This document shows positions 25,344 to 38,935 of a stretch of 64,000 bases of DNA, one piece after another (within the stretch, counting starts at the first letter, position 1; each line of letters begins with the position of its first letter). Location of the stretch: assembly GCA_003971905.1 (NCBI GenBank), contig RSEE01000143.1, positions 1 to 64,000 on the forward strand, written 5' to 3'. This stretch comes from Moniliella sp. 'wahieum'. Lineage: Eukaryota. Under the pieces are notes generated by a model. That model saw nothing but the letters and a program-made list of their open reading frames with translations. It searched no databases and was not told where the DNA came from. A program made the translations under genes and the position numbers.

Positions 25344-27860
25344 AATCTCACCCTCTGATCGACGTCGCTTCAGCACTGCGATCGTGTAATAGAGCACCGG
25401 GAAATCTGTATTCGCCCCCATTATATCGATATGCCTCTGTCCAGAGTTCGTACTAAATTGTTCCGGCCTCCACCCATTCGGGCACTGCCTTGAGCTCAAC
25501 GTCCGAGTGCTTGCTGCGACCATGCTTCTGAGTTGCTGCCACGGGGCCAAAGCATGCTGGTTGTCAACTTTGATGGTCATCCACTTTTGACTCATGCCAA
25601 CGTCCTTTGCGATCATGAGCAGATGCTTTGCCTCATGAGAGACCCTTATACAGCATGACATCGGCCTTGGTAGTGGACAGGGTCCGCTTGGTTTGCTTGC
25701 GACTTTCCCATGACACAGCAACCCCACCCACCATGAACACGTGGCCTCCGATACACTTCCGATCCAATGCTTTAACAAAGTCTGCGCCCGTCCATCCTTG
25801 GATCAACTCAGTCGGTTGGCTTGTGTACATCAGCTGTTTATTGAGTTGTTGACCGTCCAGGTAAGAAGAATCACGTTCACGACTGTCTATGACTGCTTGG
25901 TCGGCTTGACATTAGACCGCCCCGCAAACCCAACAGCAAACGCAATGTCCAGTATGTGTGTGCCTTAGGCCGCATACTGGATCGATCCCACCAGTGACTG
26001 ACACTCCACCACAGAGCACTTGGGATTTGTCTCTTCCTCCTCGGCCCGTTGCGCACGCGCGGCACTGACCACCAATTTGGTCACAGGCAGCAAAAGCGGA
26101 ACGGTCCCAGTCATGCCCTCCTCCGCAAGGAGCTGAGCCGCACTGGCAGATTGGTCCAGACTCAGGCAACCACCAAAACACGATCGTATTCAACATTGAG
26201 TCCCACATTTGCATAATCAGGCTGAGATCTATGACCACGCAAAACATCGTTCAGTGCCCAATGAACACGACGAAAACGTGTCCAGGTACACAGGCTCCGG
26301 ACCGTCCTTGATGTGGAAGCACTGCTCATCGGCAAGCGAGGAACAAAAGTCCAGTGTGCGCAGGCTTACCGCCAAGGCTTTGTACCAGGCGCGCGGGAAA
26401 GAACGCAACTCATACAGAGCCTTCTCCAACTTGGCCATCTGGCCCGACCCATCGTCCAAACCCACTGGCAGATACACATACACTGGCCTGTCCAATTTTC
26501 CATTGAAAAATGCACCTTCCACATTCCACACCCTAACGTGGTATGCTCCCTGACACAATACAGCCAGCTAGAACCGCAGAGATTCAGTGAGCCCCACTGG
26601 CGCATGCTTGGTGCCTAGTGTCCCAGGGCTGAAGAAAGCCCGAGCAACAAGGCGCGCCTTGGCCGACACAATGATACCACGAGCGTATCCCGTTTCCATT
26701 TGAAAAGCCACTTAGTGTCTTCCACCGCCACTTCTCCCAGCGGGAGGGGAACAAGATTGTGCCAGGTCTGCATCTTGTGCAGGCAGACTTCTCACATGCT
26801 CAGCCGCCGCTTTCCAAATAGGGCCTGCCATAGCCTCGTTCCAAAAAGTCTTGGGCTCACTCTCATTGACGAGGGAAAGAAGGCCGAAGGCAATGAGCCC
26901 CTGACCACCACCTCCTCATCCTCGGACTCGGCAGTGGTGGTGGTCGGAAGAAGCGATGGAAATAAGAACATTGCTGCTGTAGTTCCACTGGCCGCATGGC
27001 ACCGGTGTAGCACGCAATTCGTCCGCACAGCACTTCCTCATCTCTACTCCTTTGGGGAGGAGACGGCATTGCCATTGGGTCCGTTGACCCATCACATTGA
27101 AAACAGAGACTCTACTTCCGGGGTAGGGAAGCCAATGCCCTCTTACTTGCCTAGGAGGGAAGAAATCGTCCGTGGGAGGGAGGCGAACAGAGCACATGGG
27201 CTCAGGCTCACTGGCCCGTCTTCGCCCGTGACACGTGAGGCCAAGCATTCGCCCACATCTAATAGTCCACACCCCCTTCGTCCCCGCTTTCCGAATATAG
27301 CAAGCTCCTCTCTTATTCGCATAGAATGAAACGTGGATTGGAACGTTTTTTAGCCAAAAATGTGTCGACAGTTGTGATGTACTTCAACACCCCTGTCGAG
27401 GAGACATTTACATACGTCCAATACCCCACATATTGTACTTCGATTTGGAAGGGGAAATTGAAAAGGGTTCTAACAAAACCATTCCCCTGTTCTTCCCTAT
27501 CCCCAGTTCTTCCTCTCTTGCGTTATTTCCCTATTAATAGTCCCTGTCTGTAAGCAATGGTGTTCGTGGTTTCCCCCCAAGGTCCATTGGCGTCTCCCGG
27601 GCCTAGTGTTCTCGCCAATTGATCAACCCAGTCCAGGCAACTTCTCCTCTTAGCCTCCTCTCCTCGAACTCGTCCTCCAGCTCCGGTATCCCGCTCCTGG
27701 GCCATCCATATCGCGTGTGCCCCCTCGGTCGAAGCTAAATACAACCGCCATGTCGGTCCTCCTTCCAGCCACGCCGCCCCCAATCCCAGCCCCGATCCAG
27801 CCATTGCAATGTATGTTCTCCACTACCATTTCCCGTACCTGATCCGGAAGGCTTCAGGCA
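25344..27860 (-). mobile_element. Degenerate Ty1/copia LTR retrotransposon (integrase end, RT, RNase H, PPT)
   Basis: Integrase-like GNGSGEH and WGETTNTIAYR. RT KWLFK..AKARLVAR, NVEGAFFNGKLDRPVYVYLPVG, LEKALYELRSFPRAWY. RNase H GWTGADF..DRKCIGGHVFMVGGVAVSWESRKQ..LSTTKAD and RSKHSDV. PPT-like AGAGGGTGAGA followed by TG at ~25344. Order INT-RT-RH is the copia order. Many stops and frameshifts. Confidence 0.9.
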
Positions 27861-28973
27861 CGCTACTACCACTCAAGGCGGTGCTAGGCAACCTTGCCAT
27901 ACCTGCAATCGCCTCGACTATACACGCCGAGAGGCCAACACTCTTCCTTTTGTCCGTAGCCCCGCTCGGACACACCAATCAGCCCAAGGACGTAACTTCC
28001 TCATCTACCTTAGGATCTCAAAGAAATTGTACCCCTAACCCCCTTAACCCCCTGGCGGCATCCGCCTGTGTGACAGTGGGGACCACTGCACATTGCCGGA
28101 TTCGGGCACAAAGAAGGAAGCGATAATATGGTTGCATCCCAGTGCATCGCTCTTGGAACGCCGGGAGAAGGAGCTGCTCTGACTGTTGGAACAAGCCTAA
28201 TGTGGCAATAACGCCAAGTATATCGGAGGCGCACACTCGTGAGCCTTTTTTTTTTTGTTCTCCAGTGGATCATGACAAGCCACAGGATACTACACCACCA
28301 AAGCAAAAGAGCAACAACATGTTTGAGTACAATTACTGACGAGTCTCATGCATCATGCATCATTCATCACCTTCTCATCACAAGCCCCACAGGTCACGCA
28401 CGTCAAGAAGGCCTTCCTAGATCTCGTTACGCGTTACGGACTATCATATATCAGCACCTTGTTTGGGGAGGTAAAGCTTAAAGGGGGCACCATGCACCAT
28501 GCAAGAGCGATACTCGTACGTTGTTCAGTGATGAACGTGAACGGCCGGTGAACGTAAAATATACTGGGCGAGTGTCACATGTCATTCATATGCCTTCTGC
28601 CCTATAATACGGCCAAAGAAACTCGGATGAAAAGCAAGGGGGGTTCTGCATTATGCCATAGGATATAGGATACCAGACCGATCGAACCGAGGTACCGAGG
28701 ATAGAGGGAGGCGCGGATACAACGGAAGCAAGGAGATGGATGCATGGATAGATGTGTGACCAGGGTCCTATGGGCCAGCCACCTCCGCGGCACTCCTGAC
28801 CATCTTACTCATCCGGGCACCACACCAGTATCCCTATCCCCTGGCCTAGTGCCGCTCTCCTTCTTCTCCTTCTTCTTCTTCTGATCCTCAATCTGGGTTC
28901 AACCCAGCTCCTGTCTTCTCTCTGCCATTGCATAACTGCACTTAGGACGTCGCTGGGTCACCAGGATCATTAA

Positions 28974-29024
28974 GATGGATGGATGGATGGATGGATGGAT
29001 GGATGGATGGATGGATGGATGGAT
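28974..29024. repeat. (GGAT)n microsatellite
   Basis: About 12 tetramer copies. Confidence 0.95.
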
Positions 29025-29997
29025 GCAGATGGATGCAGATGGACGCGTGGGGCATGTGACGTGACGTGTGACGTGAGGTGTGGGATGTATAATTGCGGCA
29101 TGTGACCCACCAATGTGATGGTAAGCTTCAAGCTGGCCGCAGTCAAGCGTGCATCGTGCACTGACTTCTGGTTGCACATCACATGCATCACATGGGCTCA
29201 GCGCTGGGCGTGCCGGGCAGAATTCAATTGCATTAGGTCGACGCTTCAAAAAGTCCACAAGCCAGCTAGGATCAGCGAGGCAATGCAGCTAGTGAATATT
29301 GCACTGAATGTTGGGGCCCATCTGAGATCTGAATTCTGAATGATCATCATTCGATCATCCCGATCGAAGCAGCACTGGGCACGACACCCGTGTTGCCCAT
29401 CCCGTCCCTGCCGTCCGACATGCCGGGTGCGGGTGCCCTCCAAGAGCGGCCTACTGCCTGTGGCCATGGACCCGGCGATCGGCGATAATCGATAATCGAT
29501 AACGGGACCGCCCCCGCCCCGAGACCAGCGCTGTACTCGGCTGTACCCTGCTGCACTCCGTATACACTGCTGCTGTGCTGGGCTGCACAGGGTGGTACTG
29601 CAGCGCTAGGAACACACTGTACCTGTGCCAGGGTCTTCGCGCCGCACTACGCCGCAGTTGTCGCCCCCCAGCCGATCGGCTGATGGGCGGGACACTGGCT
29701 GGTGCCCCCACGGCCCAACACTCAGTACGCACCGGACTGTAAGCTGTACTCGTACTCAGTACTCGTCACTTCTTGAGATCTGCGGCAGCGTCTGAGCGCG
29801 CCCACAAGGCGGCTGCTCGGCCGGGCACGCCCCCTGTGGCCTCCCCCCTCCTCCCAACCGCTCGGACGCATCCCACAAGCTGCCTGTCGTCCAGCTCGGC
29901 CCTCTCTCCCTCTCTCTCTCTCGCGCCACCACCATCCCTATCACCTTCTCTCCGGTAATTCAGCTCGACTTTCTTCCGGCCCGCCTCCATCGGGAAC

Positions 29998-32900
29998 ATG
30001 CGCCTCCCCATCACCTCCTCACAGCCCTTGGCCCGTCAGCACCATCATCGCCCCACATCCGACGACTCTTCCTCCTCCAGCGACGATGACAGTGCCTCTT
30101 CATCCGCCAGTGAGAATGGCAGCAGTTCCGATGGTACCACCGCAGGCGGCAGCGGCTCTGGCAGTGCCCCCATGCCCACCGCGCTCAACCAAACACTGAT
30201 CCTCAACCATCTCAGTGGATCCGGCTCCCTTAGCTACACACTGGACGTGACCATCGGCACCCAAACCCTCCCTGTTCAGATCGACACCTCTTCCAGTGAC
30301 CTTTGGCTTGCCTCAACCCGCTGTACCTCCACTGCATGCCAAAGCGGTGCCAATGGTGTGGTTACCCTCTTCAATCCGCGTGCCATTACCACCCAAGGAA
30401 CGCAGGCTATTTGAAGTACCCCCAGGGCACCGCCGCTGGTCCCATTGTCACCACCTCAGCCGTCGCATTGGGCACGACAGCCAACCTACGGATTACCAAC
30501 CAAGCATTTGTATCGGCCGCCACCGTCGACAATCTGCAGTTGGGACCTGGCAACTTTACCGGCATGCTGGGTCTTGGCCCACCCGCTGGGTCGATGGTAC
30601 AAGGTGCCATGTACGAAATGTCAGGAAACACCAATCCGGGCAACAACATTAACGATTATCGGTCCACCGGAAGTGTCCTACCAGGACTTTTGCACCACAT
30701 TCCAGAAGGATCGCGCTACTTTGGTATGGGTCTCCGTCGTCTGCCATCCGAGGGCGGGCAGGGGGACAGCACACTTACGTTGGCGGGCGTAGATCCCAAC
30801 TTTGTCCCCACGCCTGAAGATGTGCATGTTGAGCCCGTTGCGCCTGGTCCGTCGGTCAAGGTGGTGACGGACAGCGATTCAGACGACGAAACACTGGCAA
30901 TGGTGAAGAGTTACCTTCATGAACCACGATGGCGCACTTACGTTCAAGGCATCAGCATCGACGTTGGGGGCAGTAACACCAGTCTTCCCCTTGAAAGTAC
31001 TGTTGGTGGCCAGGCTCCCCTTGTCGTATTCTCCTCAGCAACGCCGTTTGGATTGGCATCCACCAACTTTCTTGACGTATTTTACGGTGCTTATGGCTAC
31101 CAACCGTCTTCCGATGGGGGGTACTATGTGCCCTGCGACGCTATGCTTAATGTGACCCTGCAGCTGGGGACAGGTCTGCTGTCTGTCCCCATCCATCCCC
31201 TTGACCTCAACCTCCCCCAGGAGGACAATGGTAGCTCCGACTCGTCCTTTTGTCTCGGTGGTTTCCAAGCCATCAATGGTCCCCAGGGAAGGCTCAATGG
31301 GACCGGTTTGGAAGGGTCCGACATGGTGCTCGGAGCGGCGATGTGAGTATTCTCTCCATCTCCTGATCATCCCCTGGCGATAAATTTTGTACTGACCCTG
31401 TTGCATTCTGGTCTGTTTAGAATGAGGAGCATCTATAGCGTCTACGTGTGCGACTCGATGAATGGGACCCATCCCCATGGGAATGCCTGCTTCCCCCAAA
31501 TTGGCTTTTATCCGCTTGTGGGCAACTTGACCCAGGCACAAGAACAGTTCAAGCAGGTGCGCGTGATGAAGCACTCTCTTGGTCCTGATCCTCAACAGCC
31601 CGAGTCTGCCTCCAACAGCAAAGGCTTATCAGCGGGGATCAAGGCGCTGATTGGGGTTTTGTGTGCAGTGGCAGGTATCGTTTTGATTATGCTACTTGCG
31701 TTGTTTTGGGTGCGAAGGCAGCGCAAGCAGCGCTATACTCATACGTTGGCATTGCGGCAGCAGCCGAGCCTTTCCAAAACCACGGAAGCATTCCGAGAAC
31801 CGATAACAACAGTGCTGGCGAAAGAAGTGGAGTTGGTACGAGCCAATCTCGCATGTTGTCCGACAAGACATCTGGTTCAATGAGCGCAGTAGTAGTGCCA
31901 ATAATGCCTCAATCGGGTCGTATTTCGGGGGAGTCCTTCCATTCATTGCAGTCTTGGACTGGAAATCAGCTCGAACACGCCCGCCAGGTCAACTTTATGA
32001 ACGGGGTGTTCGACGAAGATGTGGGGCAGCCGGGCGACGAGGACCCTACCAACAGTGCCGCAGCTGGAATGGCAGCCAACTTTGGAGGTAACCAGGCTTC
32101 CGGTGATGCCGGCATTGGGGTTACCACTTCAGCTATTACGGGCATCGATTCGACCAATTTGGATCCCAACGACCCTTACCGTGACGCCAAGAAGATCAAG
32201 GGTGCTTATTTGAAGAAGCATCCTTCTTTCGAGCGCAAGAAGGGCGTTGATCCCCTCCCATCAGGGCAGTCCTCTCCCCCTGAGGCCTTAGCGGAAGGCC
32301 AATCAGGGACCTTGGAGCTGCCCCCTCTCCCGCAGTCAACCAAGAGAGCCCTACGGATCCCGCTGCACCCTCCTCCGGACCGGTCGCAGGCCAAATATCC
32401 AACCCGTTCGGTTCCGAATCCTCTCGTTCTCCCACATCGGGCGAAAGCATCAGTGCGGAAAGCACCTCATCCCATGATCGCGCACTTCCGGCCCTTCCCC
32501 TCGTAGGTGTCGCGGTGACTGGCGCGACGGGCGCTGCGGTGCCCGCACCGTCAAACTCGACTGTGGTGTCACCACCCAATCTGAACAGCTTTGTCGCCTC
32601 ATCGGCGCCGTCAGCCAATGCTTCGGTGGATGAACAGCACAGTCTCTCGGGGAGCTGCCGTGCAAACCACTTTGGCCCAAGAGAAACTTGCGTCGCCGTC
32701 GAACGTTCCTGTCCACCCGCTCATGGCTGCTACTCCCACTGACGCAACGGACAGGCAATCCTCTTCCCTTGCCCAGCCGGAAGTAGAATCCCAGAGCCAC
32801 TCACCTCTTTCATCGTCTCCAGCGGCTCCCGTTCGAACCCTTTTGGCAGCGCCTACGACGGCACCCATTCCTGTCTTGGGGAGCTCACCTTCTACCCCAG

Positions 32901-33521
32901 CGCCTCCTGGCACGCAGGGATCGGGTCTTACTCCCGTGTCCGCCCAAGCATCCACCACACTTCACCGCCTTGGGGCTTCATCCCCTCGGGCCGGTTCCGG
33001 CACCGCACCCAGCGTATCGTCTCCTCTGCGCGGGGAACGATGGGAAACCAAGTGAGCCTCCACCCTCGCAAACGCCATCGCTCTCCGCTCCCCCAAATCG
33101 TTCACCTACCGCGTCGGTTCGGCGGCCTTCGGGCCCGGCGCCTCCTCGGGCCAGCATGATGTCCCCGCCTTCCTTGCGCATGGGGACTCAGGCGAGCGAA
33201 AGACCGTCTTGGGAATCAACCATCGGTGCAGGCGCTTCCCCGGGCCTCATAGCCCCCGATCTGTTCTTTGATCCGAGGCTGCTTCCCCCTCCGCTGCCCG
33301 CAGGATCGTCCTCTCTGTCTGGAAACCGTGCTCTGGCCCAGCAACTTTCCCGTGCGACAGCCGGGACGACCTCGGCGTTCAACCCATCTGGTACCGTTTC
33401 AGGTTCTGGCCATTCCTCCCCTGGTTGGGTATCACCTACGCAGTCCTTTGTCCCTGTGCCGCACGTGCGGATGCAGCCGGCGTTCCAGCGGCCCGGGGGT
33501 CGGTCGCAGGACTCGCTCTAA
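29998..33521 (+). CDS. Membrane-anchored pepsin-like (A1) aspartic-protease-fold protein with long Ser/Pro-rich cytoplasmic tail; frameshifted
   Basis: YTLDVTIGTQTLPVQIDTSSSDLW; FTGMLGLG; GGYYVPC; IHPLDL; CLGGFQ; VLGAAI|MRSIYSVY across intron 31343-31420. TM helix ALIGVLCAVAGIVLIMLLALFWV followed by RRQRK. Confidence 0.85.
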
Positions 33522-34173
33522 CACGCCAAAGCGGCATGAGATCTCGTCGGGGTGCATTGCACAAGGAGTAGGGGAGGGCTGGGGACGGTTCAGTCATCCA
33601 GCTTTCCTGCTTCCCTTCGTTTTCTTTTCCTTTCGTTCTCGTTTGTTTTTTTACTCCCGCCTCCAACGTGAAATTGGTTATTGGACCCCCCCCCCCCTCT
33701 GTCTGATCCTACTCAGTCCCCCACTATATATGATCGGGTCTCGCTCTCCTTGTATCGTCCGACGTCTCCCGCTTCCGATCCTTTGTCTGTCCTTTTCTTT
33801 GCTGCCTCTTTTTTCCTTTCTCTCTCCTCTTATCCTCTCTGTTGCTTTATTGTGTGTTTCACTTTCCTTCTGTGCTTCCCTTCAAGCCTCACCCTATCTT
33901 CTATTTTTGTCTCTTCAATGCTGCCTAATATCTATTCTATATGGTCTCCTCTTCCAGATCCTTTTTTACCTGATGGGGGCTCAATCTATCCATTAGACAC
34001 CGTGATGATAGAGAAGCGATGGGCAGCTACCAGATCGCTGAGTGAGCCGCTGAGCGTCTGTCTGTCTGACCCCAACTCGAAGAAACTATAAGTGCTTTGG
34101 TATCTTTTTCTGGCCACTCACAGGCTTCCCTCGAGTCTTTCCAGGACCACCTATCCTTCATCCGTAGTCATCA

Positions 34174-34845
34174 ATGTCCTACAACTCCCTCAGCCGGGCC
34201 AAGAGTGGCTACGGCGGTACGCAGTACGGCTGCAATGCATACGGCGGTGATGCGTATGGTGGCAACAGGCAATACGGCGGTGCGGCGCAAGAGTGGGGGT
34301 GGCGCAGGGCAAGAGTACTGTAGCGAGGAGCCAGGGGGAGGGAAAGGTGGTGATCGAGGTCTGGGGCACCATGGCGCTGGATGGAGCAGCGGGATGGGCA
34401 GCGAACAAATCAACGGGACACCAGCACGATACGCTTATTACCCCAGTTGCTGGTGGAGCGATTTGAGCCGAGGTGAGCAAGAAGGTAGAGGAGCACATCC
34501 ATGATCGGTACGAAGACCACAAGAGCACCAGGAGGGACGAATACGGCGGCAATGGTTCAGGTATCGGCTTTGGTGGCAACCAGCCCACCTTTGAATACGA
34601 TAACCAGGGCGGCTATGGCTATGGCTATGGCTAAGCGGTCCAGGCGGCCCTACTTCGTACCCAGGACAGCTTGGGTGGCGGTTCTGCTGGACCTGGAGAC
34701 TAAAGCTCTCCCTGGAGGCCCTGGCGGGTATGGTGGTGGTGGTCCGGCAGGTGGCACGGTGGCGGTGGTCCTGGTGGTGGCTATGGGGGCCGCAGGGCAG
34801 ATACGGCAGCCAAGGTTATATGCTGGTGGTACTGGTGGATGGTAA
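34174..34845 (+). pseudogene. Gly/Tyr/Gln-rich glycine-zipper-type protein; disrupted (pseudogene or sequence errors)
   Basis: MSYN...YGG repeats; GDRGL-GTMALDGAAGWAANK..H..TLITPVAGGAI; HDRYEDHK; GYGYGYG; GPGGYGGGGP; ends GGW*. Contains in-frame stops as well as indels. Confidence 0.5.
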
Positions 34846-35447
34846 TCCTTCAAACTCGTACCCCTCTGCAACAGTCTACTACATTGAAGTAGCCAAGCCG
34901 CCGATGGCTCCAAGGACCTATACAAACTATGCCCACTGCGTCCTGTCACCCACGAGTCCCTCTTCCCACTATGGTTTTTCCAACGTGCAGGTGAGGGTGT
35001 ACAGTGTCCAAAGCAAGAGTTGCACTGCCCCCGCCTTCGACAGACTGTCGTCCGTCAATACATACACAAAGGTTGATAAGTCCTACATATGCGCCAGGTT
35101 CTATGAATCGCGGTTGTGCGACTGTTAGGCCATTAGGAACCGACAGGCAACCCAAAAGAGAGGTAGGGAGGGAGCAATGCATACGGGGCTGTGCCAGGCA
35201 CAGTCAAGGGGTTTTGAAGCGATCGGGGCATAGGAACATGCATGGTATGGGGGGAGGGGGTCAAGAGGCCCACCCCAGACCTGGTTCCACACTGATCGCG
35301 GGAAGATGACAAACGAGGAAAGGAGCAGGACACCACGGAGCAGGCCACGACCCGAGCCTAGGGGGAAGTTTCCCAAGCCAGGGGAAAACAATCCCGTCGG
35401 CCCAGTCGACCTGCGGAGCCAAGCCTCCTCCTAGCGCAGCCACCTTT

Positions 35448-36029
35448 TTAGATGCTCTCGGCAAACGAGAAGACAACGTCCTTGCCCGTGAGCTGCTTGT
35501 AGACAGCGCTGAAGGTCTCGGTCTTGTACTCGAGAGCGGTGATGTCCTTAGCGTCGAGGAAGCACTTGATCAGCTTGGAGCCGTCGAGGGCAAAGCGTGT
35601 CCGGCGGCCGACAATGTCCGAGGGGTAGGACAGGTCCTCGAGGATGGCGTCGTGGACGGCAGTGAGGGTGCGGGAGCGCGGGCGGGGCTGCTTGGTGCCT
35701 TCGCCGCGGTTGGGCTTGCGGAGGATGCGGCGTTGGCCCACAAAGACGACGTGGCGGTCGGAGAACTTCTTCTCGAGCTCGGGTCAGGCGCACCTGGATC
35801 TTGTGGTACGCCTTGAGCTGCGGCATGGGCACAAAGACAACGATGGCCTTCTTGCCACCCTTGACGTCCACCTCCTTGACCGAGGAGATCTGGAGAGGAC
35901 GCAGCTCCGCAGTGAGCTCCGACACGTTGCTCTCCAGGTCCAGGAGGGCCTGGGCAACGGACGTCTCAATCTCCGAGGGGGCGGTCGTGGGCGCGTTGGC
36001 CGAGCGGAGGACTTGTTGGACACCGACAT
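35448..36029 (-). CDS. RPS7: 40S ribosomal protein S7 (eS7); frameshifted; 60-nt 5'UTR intron 36036-36095
   Basis: [72 protein letters not shown]. Confidence 0.97.
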
Positions 36030-37463
36030 GGTGGGCTTGAAGGAAAAAGAGTCAGAACGAGGGTGGCGGGAGCAGGCAAGCAGCTGGGTACTTACCGATA
36101 CGGGTGGTGGGCTAGGCGGCGTAGACGACGGCGTCAGACGGAAGGCAGCAGCTCAACCTTGCTCGGTCTGTCTCCAGCCGGCACTGCGGGCAGCACGGCA
36201 CACTCGGAACAACCCTGACATTGGGTGCGCCGCAGCTTGCGCCGTCTACAATTAGGGTTGCAATCCGCCATCCCGGAATTACCCCGCACTTGTGGAACCA
36301 GCGACAAGTACGTCGTTGGCTGGTCCCTTAACCACACTGCAGTGGCTAGACCCTGCCCGATATCACAACCGACCGTCTGACCAAACATCATTAAAGAGCA
36401 CTGCCAGTATTGGCTCGAGTCTAGTGCTGACTTATGGGGAGAACCAGAGTAGTAGAGTTGAATGGGTTGTGTGTGCAGCTGTGGCATCACTACGTCGACT
36501 CAGTGACGTTTCGTTGATGATGGCTACCCACTGCCAGTAGGTGCATCGATATACTGAGAATTGACAGCACATTTCCATTCCCAAAGCAGGAAGACTAAAC
36601 TGAACCGCTGCTCCCACCAGAAATGATCGTTCCGCGTTTTTTCGACAAGTCGTGCCTGCCCACTTGGGGGGGCAAATGGGTCCCCACCAGCTCACGGACC
36701 CACTAGCTGCCACCGTTCGCTTCCCAGCCGGAGGGGGCGCGCGAAAGAGTAGATAGAGCACAGGAAAGGGAGGTGGAATATATCCAGTGAGGCTCTGCTC
36801 AGAGCCGCGTGTCGCCTGTTTGGATATACACAGACGCGAGCAGTAGTTGGGATGGGATGTATAACGATGCGACTGACTCGACCTGCATGGGGGGGTGCGT
36901 ATGCGCCACAAGTAAGGGGTAACCTTGCAGAGGGGGGGGTGAGATCCATGCAGGGGGCGGTGGTGTGGCCAGAACAAGCAGCGGGGGAGCGCGGGGGCAC
37001 TGCTGGGATCTGCACGGAGTGGCCGATGGCCCCCTGTGGGATGGATGACGATGCGTGGCGATGCGTGATGGGTGGGTGACGCGGGGGAGAGAAGCGCAGT
37101 GCCCGACGTGGGTTGTGGCGGGTGGGCTGCTGCGACCCAGTAATTAATAGAGCGCGGGTTAGTGGGGCGGTGGGCATACATGCGTGTGGTGTGGGCAAAC
37201 GTGGGCAACAAACGCCGACGCACACCTCCCCCAGCCCGCCTGGATGCGACTCTCGACTCTCGTCGCCACCGCCGCCGCCACCGCCACCAAGCACACTTCT
37301 TTGTCCTCTCCCCTGATCCCCACCCCGTTTGGTCATCGCCGCGCTCTTCCACCGTGCGCACGACAAACCCTCCACCCGCCGCCCCTCTCTCATTGCACAT
37401 CGTCAAAGTAACCGTCGTTTCTTGTCCCCGAGTCCCCCCCCACACTCCTCTCCCGTGTTCGAC

Positions 37464-38546
37464 ATGACGCTTCTTTCTCTCGTTATCACTGCAACAGCCA
37501 CCGCCGCCTCCCTCGCGGCGGCGGGAGGCACCCGTCATGCCCGTCCGGACATGTTCCGCCACCACCACATGATCAAGAAGGTCCGTTCCTCTGATGTCGC
37601 ATCTAACTCCAACAACTTGACCTTGGCCATGCAGACGGGTGCCCAGGGCGGTAAGAACGGATTGGCCTGGCCCAACGGGCCATGGGTCAACATCCAGCCA
37701 TACAAAAAGACCATGGGCTGGCTTTACTCGTGGGACAGTACGCCTGCAACAGGTGAGCCCAGCGCGGCGGCTTTCGTCCCGGACTCCATCCAGTTTTTCC
37801 CCATGCTGTGGGGAAGCTCATCGGAGCGTGTGGAGCGGTGGAAAAAGTACGTGTTGAATGACCGCACAGCGTCGCAGAACCGAGCCAAAGTGGCTATGGG
37901 CCCCAATGAGGTCAACCAGCCGGGCCAAGGAAGTATGGACGTTGGGAGGCGTGCGACCTGTTCCGTAACTACATTGTGCCCCTGCACGACGAGGATGGCT
38001 GGACCATCATTGGGGCCTCTACCAATGGCGCACCAAGTGGGATCGAATGGATGACCAAGTTCAAGTCGCAGTGTGGCGATGTATGGAACAAGGTGCGTAT
38101 TACTATTTTCTCTTGTGTGCGGCAATTAATAAAGCCGTTATCATTGATATCCAACGGATCTCTGAGAAGGTCCCACTAACACCTCTACGCTATTATGCAC
38201 CTTGTTGCTTTGTATACCAGATTGCCTTCGATTCCATTCATTGGTACGGGACCGATCCTGAAAAGGCCATCGCCTATTTCAAGAAGTGGTATTCAACGTT
38301 TGGCAAGCCTATCTACATCACCGAGACAGCATGCATGAACTTTGACGGATCCGCCGCGCCCTCGTCACGCCAAGCGTACAATTACGTTGAAAAAGTCAAT
38401 CAGTTTGCCCATGAGACCGAGTGGGTCCAAGGCATTGCTTTTTACGGTACGATGAAGAACCTCAACATTAACAAGGTCGACCGGTTGTCCAATTCGGATG
38501 GAGCAGTCCCACCGACTTGTTCAACTTTTGGATCGAGCACAGCTAA
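37464..38546 (+). CDS. Secreted GH128-like beta-1,3-glucanase (Glyco_hydro_cc/Asl1-like); frameshifted
   Basis: Signal peptide MTLLSLVITATATAASLAAA; KNGLAW; WLYSW; FFPMLWG; MGPNEVNQ; IHWY; KPIYITETAC. Intron 38093-38220. 3' end approximate. Confidence 0.88.
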
Positions 38547-38935
38547 TAGCGGGGCAGAAGATATATATGTCGTACCCCCTCTCGTTTCTTGGCCTCCTCA
38601 TACCCATTCTCTCTGCGTGCTGGACCCCTTTATCACCCCACACCTTGACACTATATTGTTCCCTTTCTCACGGGTTTCCAACACTCTTTCTGTCCTTTTT
38701 TTGGTGATGAGAAGCGCGCCGACTGGTTTTGGTTCCCCTCTCATGTGTTTTCATTGTTGTTGCTCGTGGTCCAACCGTTCAGCACAGGCCACATAAGCAT
38801 CGCTGATCCCTTATCTCCACGGTTAGCACTGTTCAAATGTGGGTGATGGTATGACAGAAATCGGATCCTCGTCGTATTGACGGCAGTGCGATGGGTTTGC
38901 TATAGGGAAACTTTAATCTGGCAAATTTTAACATC

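Noticed and set aside
36250..36262. Telomerase RNA template or interstitial telomere
   Set aside because: A single 9-mer with no array or supporting structure; treated as a promoter motif instead.
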